64,000 bases of DNA, from contig NIVC01001478.1 in NCBI GenBank assembly GCA_002269645.1, positions 62,001 through 126,000 on the forward strand, in the 5' to 3' direction. Origin of the DNA: Macrostomum lignano (Eukaryota). Shown piece by piece: positions 1 to 12,599 of the stretch. Both the position numbers and the translations under genes were made by a program. The notes under the pieces are model-generated. The model saw only the letters and a list, made by a program, of their open reading frames with translations. It had not been told where the DNA came from and did no database searches. Each line of letters begins with the position of its first letter. Position 1 is the stretch's first letter.

Positions 1-10
1 CCCCTATGTA

Positions 11-11
11 G

Positions 12-69
<58 letters not shown>

Positions 70-79
70 GACTAACTAG

Positions 80-126
<47 letters not shown>

Positions 127-127
127 G

Positions 128-201
<74 letters not shown>

Positions 202-211
202 GACTAACTAG

Positions 212-246
<35 letters not shown>

Positions 247-247
247 G

Positions 248-282
<35 letters not shown>

Positions 283-395
283 GCTAACTAACTAACTAAC
301 TAGCTAACTGGTTAACTAACTAACTAGCTAACTAACTAACTAACTAACTAGCTAACTAACTAACTAACTGACTAACTAACTAACTAACTAACTAG

Positions 396-426
<31 letters not shown>

Positions 427-446
427 GCTAGCTAGCTGACTGACTA
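11..446. repeat. (CTAA)n / (TTAG)n tetranucleotide microsatellite
   Basis: Directly visible CTAA reiteration with CTAG/CTGA variants; the same motif occurs on the opposite strand at 51995-52770. Confidence 0.97.
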
Positions 447-726
447 ATTATGTTGATCGGGAGTGAGTCTTGAATGCATTAAGAGTGACGAGAGTGCATC
501 GAAAAGGAAATATTGAGATTTTCACCCCTATCACCCATAGACATTTTGTGCAATAAGGATATTTTCGACCGAGACAAGTATAGAGGTCATGAGAAGTCAA
601 TTCATAAGCGGACCAAGTTTCTGGGCACGCGAGGCAACATCAACGCGGGTCCGGGACGATATTAAAGCAACACGGCAGTGCCAACAAGAGCATCACGGAG
701 TCAGCTAGTCCGGCACTCACTGCAGC

Positions 727-1025
727 ATGGCCTGCTACAAGGCTGCTAACCTCCGCCTGCCCTGTTGTCCGGACTTTCGCAACTTGTCGCCCGGTCACGT
801 GGCCGGCTGTCACGAACGAACTTCGACCGAGCAGCTTCAGCAACTGCAGGAGCAGCAGCAGCAGCATTGCAAGCGGTGCAGGAAATACCTGCGACTGCTG
901 ATGGCGCTCAAACAGCAGCGGGCGTCAATCAGCTCCTGTTGTTGCTGCCGCGAGGAGCAGCTGGCGCAGAAGCAGCAAAAGGCGGAGCTGAAGCAGGCGC
1001 AAGCTGGAGACGAATCAGACCACAA

Positions 1026-1061
<36 letters not shown>

Positions 1062-1098
1062 GTCTGGCGAAAGTGGCCACTCGTGCGTTTTGATGTGA
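727..1098 (+). CDS. Possible terminal exon or small ORF, Gln/Cys-rich, ending in a CaaX motif (CVLM)
   Basis: GC-rich island, in-frame CAG runs, C-terminus SGHSCVLM-stop fits a prenylation CaaX box. No recognisable domain; an in-frame TAG at 706-708 could also be a splice acceptor. Confidence 0.3.
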
Positions 1099-1689
1099 CC
1101 GCCCGACCACAGCACCGCCGCCTTGTACGCCGCCTCCCTTCGGGCAAATACAAAAGACTAAGTCTCCCCTGCAAGCCAGCTGGCATCTTCAATGTGCCAA
1201 CGATCGGCATCAACCTTTTTGGGGGCATAATTTTTCTTCCTGATAAAATAATTTTGTCTCAATTGTCTCTTGCGCACGTCAATTGTCTTCAATTTGGCGA
1301 TGTCAGCAGCAGCATGTAGCGTCTGGGTTATGCAGACTCATATTTTCAGTTAATTTTTTGCTTTCCCCACCTCAGACACGCCAGAGGTCTCCACCAGCTG
1401 ATTGCCCAAGCAGTCAGCCTAGTTTTGCATTTTAAACTCCTTTCCCGTACATTGCAAAGTCAGTCAAAATAGACAGGTATAAATTCCACAGCATTTCCTT
1501 AATGAAACTCTTCGTATGCATTCGATGGCGTCGCCGGAGTTAATATTTTATTGATGAAAGTTCTTCGATGCCTACTAGCAGTACCATTGTGCGTAAAATG
1601 CTAGAACTTCTAATGAAATTTAAAATAGAATGAATCGATGTCATGCTGGGAATGAATCAAATCCGATTCATTCCAATAAAAATGTTGCC

Positions 1690-2425
1690 AATCAGGCCCA
1701 CAGCGATAAAGGAATAGAATGCATTGCTAATCTAGCTCACAGCACCCAAGTAATAGAATGGATTGCTAATCTAGCTCACAGCACCCAAGTAATAGAATGG
1801 ATTGCTAATCTAGCTCACAGCACCCAAGTAATAGAATGGATTGCTAATCTAGCTCACATCACCCAAGTAATAGAATGGATTGCTAATCTAGCTCACAGCA
1901 CCCAAGTAATAGAATGGATTGCTAATCTAGCTCACATCACCCAAGTAATAGAATGGATTGCTAATCTAGCTCACAGCACCCATGTAATAGAATGGATTGC
2001 TAATCTAGCTCACAGCACCCAAGTAATAGAATGGATTGCTAATCTAGCTCACAGCACCCAAGTAATAGAATGGATTGCTAATCTAGCTCACATCACCCAA
2101 GTAATAGAATGGATTGCTAATCTAGCTCACAGCACCCAAGTAATAGAATGGATTGCTAATCTAGCTCACATCACCCAAGTAATAGAATGGATTGCTAATC
2201 TAGCTCACATCACCCAAGTAATAGAATGGATTGCTAATCTAGCTCACAGCACCCAAGTAATAGAATGGATTGCTAATCTAGCTCACATCACCCAAGTAAT
2301 AGAATGGATTGCTAATCTAGCTCACATCACCCAAGTAATAGAATGGATTGCTAATCTAGCTCACATCACCCAAGTAATAGAATGGATTGCTAATCTAGCT
2401 CACATCACCCAAGTAATAGAATGGA
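1690..2425. repeat. 39-bp satellite, left part (TTGCTAATCTAGCTCACA[G/T]CACCCAAGTAATAGAATGGA), about 18 units
   Basis: Visible tandem units, degenerate at the left edge; ends ...AATAGAATGGA exactly at the Helitron 3' CTAG (2426). Confidence 0.97.
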
Positions 2426-2739
2426 CTAGCAATCTTCGCCCCCCGTTGGGGGACATCTGTATAGAATCTCTGTTCTCTACAAGTAACAAAAAGACAGCCA
2501 AATAAAGCCTTCACAAAGACAACAGACAAACTGCTCAAATAAAGTGTAATGCAAAAAGAAAACATCCCAAGACAGCAAGCATCCCCCAGATTGCAAGCAT
2601 CCCCCAGATAGCAAGCATCCCCAAATAGTAAGCATCCACCAGACAATAAGTAGCTAGTGCTGCAATTTCCTTAGCTCTATAGTGGCTCCTTTAAAATTGG
2701 CATGACGCTTACTTTTACGTTTGAAATTGTGTATCTTTT

Positions 2740-3410
2740 ATGTTTGACATGGTGGCTCTTTTATGTTTGACATGGTGGCTCTTTTATGTTTGACATAGTG
2801 GCTCTTTAGTGTTTGACATGATGGCTCTTTAATGTTCGACATGGTGGCTCTTTAATGTTAGACATGGTGGCTATTTAATGTTTGACATGGAGTCACATAT
2901 ATGTTGGACATGGTGGCTCTTTTATGATTGACATGGTGGCTCTTTAATGTTTGACCTGGTGGCACCTCAATGTAATGATGGCTCTTTAATGTTAGACATG
3001 GTGGCTCTTTAATGTTAGACATGGTGGCTCTTTAATGTTAGACATGGTGGCTCTTTAATGCTCGACATGGTGGTCCTTTTATGCTTCACATGGTGGCTCT
3101 TAAATGTTTGACATGTTGGTCCTTTTATGTTTGACATGGTGGCTCTTTAATGTTTGACATGGTGGCTCTTTTATGTTTGACATAATGGCTCTTTAATGTT
3201 CTACATGGTGGCTTTTTTATTTTTGACATGGTGGCTCTTTAATGTTCGATATGGTGGTCCTTTTATGCTTGACATTGTGGCTCTTTAATGTTTGACATGT
3301 TGGTCCTATTATGTTTGACATGGTGGCTCTTTAATGTTTGGCATGGTGGCTCTTTGATGTTTGACATGGTGGCTCTTTAATGTTAGACATGGTGGCTCTT
3401 TAATTTTTAA
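2740..3410. repeat. 23-bp minisatellite (GACATGGTGGCTCTTTAATGTTT) in the E1 3' region
   Basis: Directly visible diverged tandem units. Confidence 0.93.
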
Positions 3411-6400
3411 CGTTTGTTAAACGTTTTGTTAAACGTTTTTGACGTTTGTAACGCAAGAATTTTTTGTATTTTTTCGCGAATAAACTTGAAAAGTACAAAG
3501 TGAAACTTATGAACATGGCATTAAAAGTACAACCGATATGTCACGTATACATAGCGTGTGCAATGGCTGCATGTGACCAGATGAGTTCCTTTAATACTCT
3601 ACGTTAGTCTATAGTCGCAGCCCTCGGATTCGCTCATTCCTGCCCTCAAATCCATAGTCAGAACAATCAGTTCGGCTCTATTTCCTTAGCCTTTGCGCTT
3701 TGCCACAGACTATTCATATTTGTTTCGCCAAAGATTAAGAAATGAAGTAAGACAAAAGCTTCATTCAGGGCCTTCGCCTTAGTTAAAATTGACATCTTGT
3801 GAGTTTCGTATATTATTCAACTTTCAATATATGGAAGACGAAGGCCCCGTCGCAAGTTGATGCAAATCGTTTTTTATAAGCTTACAGTTACAGGTGACTT
3901 GAGATATTTTTGATTTTTGAAAAAAAGACTGTCACTCGTAGTTTGCGTAAAAATCCATATACTAAAATTCACTCTAATGTTAAGTTTTTGCGAACCTTGG
4001 AAAACTAAAAACAAAATTGTTTCGTCTTTTGCATAAATTTGCGATATAAAATAAGTAAAGTTTTTACACGAATTATAATGAAATTTCAGGTGAAAAATAA
4101 AAGACAAAATTAACTGCTCATCAAAGATTGAATTCATTAAAAGCAGTGCAAAAGAAGGTTTGTTTCAAAAGTTACTTTCGGCTAATATGAAATTGCCTTA
4201 AAATACAAATTAACTGTAAAGTGCAAATTGACTGTAAAAATTAATACAATGAATAAAATAAGCCTAATTGAGCTTCAACATAAAGTTCATCAGCTATTAG
4301 CTCGTACTCACTGCCATGCAATATCTAAGCTTCGTTAGAAATGAGGTTGGGGCAATAAGTTTCCTGCGATTCTTTTAGGAATGAGAGCTATTGACAGCTA
4401 TTGCTTTAGAGAATGAGAGCTATTACTTAAGAGATATGGGGAAATAATTATTCTATTTTTCCTTAAAAATAAATGAATATAATTTCTAGCCTTTTGCATA
4501 AGGAAAATTATTGCTCACCCCTCATTTTTTGCGATAAATAAATTACTCTTCAGTGAGAACTTCTGGAAACACAACGTTTCTGGTCCTTGTTCCCGGAATC
4601 CGGACGCGAACATTTGCCGCGTTCTTTGCTCGTGACAGCGCCGTGTACAGCTGGCCATGCGTGAAGCAACCGACTGACAGGTCAATGCCAACTGTGTCCA
4701 GAGACTGTCCCTGCGACTTGTGAATCGTCAGGCAGAAACTCGGCTTCACAGGGAACTGCAGCCGCTTAAAACTGACGGGGAGGTCCGCATTGCTAGGAAT
4801 CAGCGGGATTCGCGGCAGAAGAATCTCGTCTCCCGTGAACTGGCCGGCGGCAATCTTGCATCTAAGCACGTTCTCGCCCATTGCGAGTATGATGAGCCGC
4901 GTACCATTGCACAATCGTGGCGGGTTGATGTTCCTGAGAAGAACTACTGGCATACCCACTTTTAGCCTCAGCAAGTGAATCGGAAAGTTCGGGGCATCCA
5001 GCTGGTTGAGCAACTCAGGCGGGAAGTGCGTAGCGGCATCCTCATCGGCCACACTGTCTATTGAGCGGTACTCCCGCAGGCTGCCGGGAAACATGCCCAG
5101 GCACGTCTCGTTGATGGCATCCACTGAGTCATTGTACGGCGCCAGGATCGCTCGGCTTGCAAAGTAGCCGTCCCTCTCCACTGACGCCTCAAACGATGGG
5201 TACACAAAATTTATCAGATCATTGAGCGGCGCCTCCGCAGAAATGATGATCTCAGCAGGAAGAGACACTTTCTCCTCTGCATCCTGCTCAATTGTTCCGG
5301 ATCCGATCTGGGGGAGTTAAAAGTCAAATATTTAAAACGCTAGACAGACTTTAAGCTAGGCATTCTTGAATAAGCCACAATTTTTTAAATGGAGCTCTCA
5401 ACACGAAAGAAACCGAATATCCTTAAATCTTCCAATAAATAAACTGATGAAAACAAACTTACCTGCTTGAGTAGCTCGGTGTATCTCAAATACGTTGCAG
5501 AATCGGAACTGCTCAGCAATCGGATGTTTCTTGTAAGGCGATGCCGCCGGAAAAATTTCCACAGTGGGGATCTGCTGACACACGCCATGACGCTGTTGGC
5601 TCGAGTCCCATGCACCACAACGGGCAGCAGCTGGCGAAAGTCCCCAGCGCAAACGAAAACCACTCCGCCGAATGGCACGTCCTGCTTCCGCACGTCTCGC
5701 AAGCACCGGTCGACGGCCTCCAAATCCTTCGGTTTGTCATAGAAATCTCGTCCCAGACAATTAGACGCACTGTCCGAAATACAGCGGCCTGTTTGGACTG
5801 CGCTCCAACAGCGCACACGTCTTTGCTCGAACGGATCGCCCGAATTGGTATCTTGAACCTGGCATAGACAAATAGTTTCACCATGCCTAACATATTTACA
5901 GCACACGAAATATTTACAACTGCTTTTTGAAATATTGACAATAAATTACTCACGTTGAATGCGCCGTCTGTCCACCTGGCAAAAGAGTCGCTGCGATTCC
6001 AGAAGCCGCAACGGCGAGGGCGACTTCACCCCGGCTGCGCACGAAGGCTAGCAGAACCTCTAGCAGGAAGGTCTTGCCAGTGCCAGCAGGTGCGTCCAGG
6101 AAGTGCAAGCCGCTGGTGCCGTCCACAAGATTCTGAGTCACGGACTCGTACACCGCTTTCTGCTCATCTGTCAGCATTGGTAAGCGCGCCTCAGTAATCA
6201 GTGCTTGCTCAACCGTATCAAACTGCATTGGTCCATCTTGAGGTGTCACGGAGGCCGCAGGCAGGCCGTACTCTGGCAGGCTTCTCCCGCCCATGGAGAT
6301 CAGCATGCTCTGAAGCTCACGCAGCGCCAGGTCAGTAATCTCCTCGGTGCTCAAGTCTCGGTGGTGGAACCGCAGGTCCTCGCTGAGATCCTCGGCAAAA

Positions 6401-9400
6401 CTGCACCAGAGGTCGCTGCCATCCTCAGGCTCACCCCATATGAGAATTACGGCCAGAAGATGTCTCAGGGCTCTTGGCATTCTTGACTGAACGGCCTCAG
6501 CTAGACACCGCCGCCAGTGATCATCTCGCTGCAGCAGGCCAAGGGCCATGCAAGCAGCCTTGGCGCTCGGATGCACAACGCCGTCCACGGTCTGCAGCGC
6601 CTCGAAGCTAGTCGGTCCCCTAACATTCAAAAGGAGCATTCGAACATAAAATAAATCACCTGCTCTTGGACTCACCGTGTACATGCGTGCAACGTTTTTG
6701 TTCCGCACTACACCCGGATGGCCATCGACTCGCACACCCTGCTTGGCCCGCCGCCACTCTCTTTCGCTGGAGTGCCACACAAAGTAGGACGGCACCTCCG
6801 TGTAGAGCAAGGACCCAGCAAATTCGTCAATACGGCACAGCTTGAAAAATGCCGTCAACGTCGAATCCTTCGGCGTTCTCGCTTTTGCTCTTGCGGTCCC
6901 CTCGTTGAAATACACGAGCTGCTCTTCCGACTTGTGAACGCAGAGTCGGATGACCGCCGGAAACCTGTTGTGCACCTGATCAGAAAGTGGAAGGAAAATA
7001 TACAGCCTTTAAGTTTCGATGGAAATTCAATTTATACTATGACGAGGTTTCACAGCTCTGGTTAAAATGAGCCAATAATAATTAGAATGCGAATTACTTC
7101 AAAGCCCAAGATGGTATTCACGGCTTCCATTGGACCAATGTAGCGCGCGGACAGGTACTCCTTAATCTCATCACGCCGCGGCTCATTTCGTGTCGTTTGC
7201 GTCGGCTGCTGGTTACCCACTGCCTGCTCTCTCGGTTCAGTAGAATTCCTATTGGCATCGACTTTGAACGTCGCCATGTCGCCACCCTTTAACAGGTACT
7301 TGATCACGTACTTGACCGACTTCACAGTGGCGCAAACTTCGACGTTCAAGTGGCACGCAAACTGGAGCAACAGGTCAGGGCTGTACGGAACGACCCACCT
7401 GTTTTAATGAAAAAATAATATCATTAACTTTCAGAAACAAAAGCTGCAATGCACAACTAAGCAATATATTAGCGTTTGAACTTCCCTGTTGTCCATGCGA
7501 ATGCTCCGGCCTTTGAACAGTTTGTCCACTGTAAATCCGCCCATCTCAGGCGATAGTCTGCGGTACAGTGGGTAGCCAGTATCGCTGGTCAGCGTCACCT
7601 GCTGGAACTCTTTCGGAAAGCCCTTGCTGCATTCGCCATTCTCCATGCAAGGACACGCCGGATTCTCCTTGCCGCAGGGGCCATGGATCATGTGCGTCTT
7701 CACCAGCTCATACAGCACAGGCTGCTGCTCTGGGTCCGGAATCTCGGCAGACACGATGTCATCGTATCGGTCCGGAGTCACTCGCTGACCGCTCACGAGC
7801 CACAGCAGAAAGTGCACATGAGGAAGACCTGGAGCGTCAAAAAAGTATTAAAAAATATCACAAAACCTTTGTAAATCTAAATTGTAATAAATCTTAAAAC
7901 TTTGATTCTTGCAAGTCAGAATTTTTACTCACCACGCTTCTGGTACTCCAGTGAGCAAACGTGAGCGGCCTCTTTCCCATAGCGCTTGGTCAACTGGGCC
8001 AGAAGAGCTTTCTTCTTCATTTCAAAGACTCGGCTAACAATGTCCGGCCGGTCTTCTGCCCGCTGTCCAGGCAGCAGCTGAGCGCTGATCTCCGGCCATT
8101 TCGGATTGCACGTTGCGGTGACAAACAGGTCCGGCTTACCGAACTTGTGAACATAGGTCATAGCGTCCTGTAGCCTCTCCATCAGGTACCTTGGCCCGCC
8201 AACGAAGCTCGAAGACAGAAGCACATGCGCGGGCTTGCCTATGTCACTCGGATCTCTGTCGGTAGACCTGCCATCAGCTGCAAACAGAGCGTCCCGCAGA
8301 CCGCTGTATGTCTCGCTGCGCAGGTCCTGCTGATGGGTCCGCAAATACAGCAGCCTCTCTGCCTCAATCTTGGCACACATGTCCACCAAGTACTGCTGAA
8401 ATAATCTTCGGCCATAGTGCAGCACACTGAACTGGCCCGCTCGCACCATGATTTCGCTCGCATAGTATTTCATGGGCGTCAATTTCTTGCCATTACTCAT
8501 CAGCAACTCTGGGTGCCAGCCATCTTCGCCATTCGGGAACAGCAGCACATACTCCAGCGGGTCATATGAGCGGTGCGTCTCGCTGATTCTCTGGGAACCG
8601 CCACCACGCAGTTGAATCACGACGTCCCGACTGGCCGGTGTGTTCTCATTGTCCTCCACAATCAGGATACCGACCTCGTTCGCCGTAGGCAAGTTGTAGC
8701 GCCTGATTTTGAACGGAGTTTGTGGGATACAGAGTCTGTACAAATTGGATAATTGGATAATTTATTACGCAAAATATCTTATTAGAATGTCTTGCAGACA
8801 TACCGAATGTGTTCCCCAGATGGTCGACGGTCAGGGTGAATTACGATTCGCGCATCTCCCAACTCCGGATCTTGACTGATTCGATGAGCGACTGCCCTCA
8901 GGCTGCGGACATAGCCGTTGCACTCGTGAAGCAGCGTCTGCAATAGCTCCAGTAGCTCCGGCTTCACCTTCTGGCTGAGACTCTGGCGGCTTTCAAGTTC
9001 GCGATCATTGAAATACACCTGCCAGCCATGGGGCTCAGCTGAATCCTCTGCAAACAGCGGCGCCGTGTTGTGATGCAGCCTGGCACCAACCGCAGTTTGG
9101 CACCCAGCGATGTCAGGTGCAGCGCCGAGTTGTAACTCCGAATGTTGGTCAGGAACTCGGCACTCATTCTGTGCCGCCCCAGGTACAGATCTGCCAGCAC
9201 TTGAGGCACGGTGCGGCTGGGCAGCTTCACCTTGCCTTTGGCGCAGCAGAAATTCCTCGTCTCAGAGCACCAAAGTAATGCACCGCATTGGTCGCATGCT
9301 CTGTCCATTGGGCCACAGTTATGGGCTGGCGCTTCAGGCCTGATAATCCGTTCTGGCCTGTGATTAGAAGGATTAGGATTAGGAAGGATTAATGGCAAAC

Positions 9401-9505
9401 AGTTTTCCCAGTTAATCTTTCAGTTTACAAAAAAATTTATTGGAATAAAACAACTTGAGTTCGATGACAAATAAATTATGATGACCAGTCACACCAATGA
9501 CCTAC

Positions 9506-10036
9506 CTCTCTTGAGCAGGTCTTGCGCCAAAATGACCTGCACTCTGCTGAGTTAATCTTGGCTCCTCTGCATCTACAATGGGCTCAGAAACTGGAATCGG
9601 ATTAGCAAATCGCAATGACTCATAATGCTCATGACGCAAAAGAATTCGGACGATTGCAATCGGTGGCTGCAAAGGGGACATACAGTACTGCAGTACAGTG
9701 CCGTTTTCTTGATAAATCACCAGATCAACATTAAAACAACGGCTTAAAAGCGGAACAACTTCATCAGGCACATATGTGCCTTCAGAAAAAGAGGAATCAA
9801 CAATGAAATCAGCATTTTCTGGCAAAACAAAGCCTTGTTCAATCAATTCTGGCATAATCTGCACTACACGGCTCGTCAGCTCGTGTCTTAAAGATGCCGC
9901 ATCGGTCTCAAGTGGAGTGCCCTGCAACTGATCACAGACTGCATAAAAAAAACAGTTCCCATCACCAGGAATGCGAATTATGCGCAACGCATCAAAAGGT
10001 ACCACAGACGGTGTGGCCAACTCACTACTATCAAAC
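9506..10036 (-). CDS. RepHel exon 2: OTU-like cysteine protease domain
   Basis: IPGDGNCFFYAV catalytic Cys box and HEHYESL His box; both flanking introns are phase 2 with GT-AG. Confidence 0.85.
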
Positions 10037-10322
10037 CTGGAATATAGGAAAAAAATTATACACAACTTCATTTGCCGGTAATTAAAGTAGTGACGAATAA
10101 ATTTTATGCTATTCTATACTGATCTCTTAAATAAAACTCTTGGAAAGCAATCGACTTGAAAAGATGAGAAAAAATGCACGAAACAGATTCCAGTTTTTAA
10201 TTATATGCCCAAGTACCAATAAAACATCAGCTAAGATAGAAAATACCCCGAATTAGGCACAAAGGGCACTTGGATTTTATATAGCTATAAAATATATAGC
10301 TCCAATTAAAATGTCATCCTAC

Positions 10323-10813
10323 CTGCCAGCCGACACTCCTCGACGGCGAATTTGCTCGGCTTCCACTCGAGCTCTTCGTTGCTCTTCGGTTTCTGAAGCG
10401 CGTCGCTTCTCCGCACGAGTTCTGTCTCCAGATCTACGCTCTTCTCGCTGAGCGTCTGTTTCCGTTGCCCTTCGCTCAGCATTTTCCTGCCGGAGTCTCG
10501 TCAGGCGCTCTTCTCGCTGAGCGTCGGTTTCAGTTGCCCTTCGCTCAGCATTTTCCTGCCGGAGTCTCGTCAGGCGCTCTTCTCGCTGAGCGTCGGTTTC
10601 AGTTGCCCTTCGCTCAGCCTCCTGCTGCCGGTGTCCAGCCAACCGCTCTTCTCGCTGCGCGTCAGTCTCCATGGCCGTTCGCTCATTCTTCTGCTGCCGC
10701 AGTTCAGCCAGCCGCTCCTCTCGCTGAACGGCACTCTCTTGCTGACGCTTCTTCTTGGCATCTCTGCTCTTCTTCAATGCGCTGGTGCCACGTCGAGCCA
10801 TATTGGAATTCAA
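10323..10813 (-). CDS. RepHel exon 1: basic N-terminus with 23-aa STPR-like repeats (ETDAQREERLTRLRQENAERRAT)
   Basis: Repeat period is 23 aa / 69 bp with an ET..QRE.RL pattern, matching the STPR DNA-binding repeat type. Confidence 0.75.
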
Positions 10814-12599
10814 ATTGAAAGATAAGAATTTTGAGTGATAATGAAAAGAAAGGATAGTAAGGGTTGTGTGCGAGAAAAGAGAAAGGTATGAAGTCTATAA
10901 TGTCACGCGTTTTAAACTCAGCAACCACCCAATCCCAAAAAGCTGGACACCATTTGTACACTGTTAGACTGTCAGTGTGTACAGCAAGCCTAAATTCTCT
11001 CCAATACCCGCCTGCTAATTGGTCAGGACTCTTTTTATTATTCAATACTCTCTCTCAAACACCTAACTCTAACTCTCCTATGTGAAAGGATTCAGATAAA
11101 TTTTCTGAAGGAGGCGCAAGCCTCAGTAGCCAATGTACATCTATCTCTGTGGCACTTTTGGACTTTTTTATAATCAGACGGTTTTATTACATTTTGGAGG
11201 GTCAGTCTCAAACATGGTTCGTATATTGTGAATCAATTAGATACTGTATATATGTGCATGTATTTCACTCTCTCACTCTCCCTCTCTCCAGCATTTAAAG
11301 TTAGTTTGTCAATTGTGCACGGGAAGATTTTATAATGTACAATCTTTTCTCGCAGTCTACATTTATAGTTCTCTAGCCTGGCGACAAAAAAATACTACTT
11401 TACTGGGCGCTGCAAAGTTTAATTCCAATCAGAATGGCTCACAGTAGGAAGTTCTGCTTGACCCTTGCAGAAAGGCATGTGTGTTATTCGAATATTCGCG
11501 CTTCTTCTATGCTTTACAGGAACTTTTCATGCTTAAAATGACACTTCTTTTACGATTTTTATGACACTTGTGGTTCTGAATTAGTAAGCCTCGACGCTAG
11601 CATTTTTTAGGTTTTTCATGACGCTTCTTTTATGTTTAACAAAAATTACACTATAAGATGAGCACGAAGCAGTTATGACATAATCAATTTTTCAATCGGT
11701 CAGTATGGTTACGCAGTCTAAATCAAGTCTCGTAATATGCTTCTACACAGTGTTTTCAACACTGTGACGCAATTCAAGGCGGAGGTACAATTCAGCTGTT
11801 ATGCAATCTTTATCACAATCAGAATTCAGTCAGTCAGTTTTTTCTCTAGCATTTTTACAATGCATTTCAGGTCGAAAGAGCTGCTTGACCTTTGCAAAAA
11901 AGCATGTTTTTCGAATATTTAATCCCTTTAAAATTGAGCAATTTCTTAGCCAAGATGCATGTACCGTCCCAGGAAAATTTCTGATCGAATGGTGCAAGTT
12001 GGAAGAAAATCGGTTGAGCCATTTTTTCTGAAATCTATCGCATACCTACCCACATACATACAGACAACTCATTTTTAGTATATTGGACTAGCCATTTAGC
12101 CCCCCGCTGGGGAGCCCTAAAATGACACCAATTGGTTTTTATTTTGACACAAGAGTAACCTTACTATAATTATCCAAAATGTTGATTTCCATTAATCAAA
12201 AAATTACCTTTTCTCATTTTGGCAAAAATAAATTGCCATGAATCAGAACTTTTATCAGCCAAAAAAGTTTCCTTCATCAGCCCAAAACCCTTTCTCAATC
12301 AGCAAATAGTGCTGATCCTTTCAAGCACAAACTCTTAGTGCATATCGTCGCTGGCCGGGGGCATATTCTTATCCGCAGCAAATATGCAAATCATTGACGG
12401 CCTTAGACCCTCTCTTTTAATTAGCCTAAATCAAAGAATGAAACCTTTAATAAATGCGCTGGTATTTCCTATTAGCAGAAATCAGCATCACTTGTGTGTA
12501 CTATTTCAATATCTGAACTACATGAGCTACTTCAGCCGTACTACCTGACTATCTGACAATCGCCCAACAACCTAACACCCCCAATAATTCAGCCATCGT

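Larger units (their letters stand above)
4543..10813 (-). pseudogene. Helitron RepHel transposase, 9 exons (10813-10323, 10036-9506, 9357-8804, 8702-7933, 7828-7486, 7398-7098, 6975-5954, 5858-5463, 5307-4543); disrupted copy
   Basis: Phase-compatible junctions rebuild conserved motifs: GEHIR/RYNLPT, EYQKRG/LPHVHFLLW (HUH), DNR/WVVPYSP, VKYVIKYLLKG (catalytic Tyr), FE/VHNRFPAVIRL, APAGTGKT (Walker A), HST/FKIP, VWDEISM, GDFRQLLPV, NGTRL, TIHKSQGQSL, HGQLYTALSR. Frameshifts near 9085 and 5730; GG instead of GT donor at 7485-7484. Confidence 0.92.
2426..12087 (-). mobile_element. Helitron E1, autonomous-type (9,662 bp), encodes RepHel
   Basis: 5' TCCAATATACTAAAAATG at 12087; 3' hairpin CCCCC-AACG-GGGGG followed by CGAAGATTG-CTAG ending at 2426; contains Rep and PIF1 coding exons. 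Confidence 0.9.

Noticed and set aside
1715-2425. 39-bp unit read as a chain of complete micro-Helitrons
   Set aside because: No GC hairpin, CTAG is not at the unit boundary, and the perfect empty-site register is explained more simply by the array being the target.
1630-2505. 291-aa ORF with 13-aa repeats
   Set aside because: Translation of the 39-bp satellite; it also crosses the Helitron 3' boundary.
2426-12087. Classification as Helentron/Helitron2
   Set aside because: No apurinic endonuclease domain and no subterminal inverted repeats seen; the termini are canonical 5' TC and 3' hairpin-CTAG with A|T insertion.
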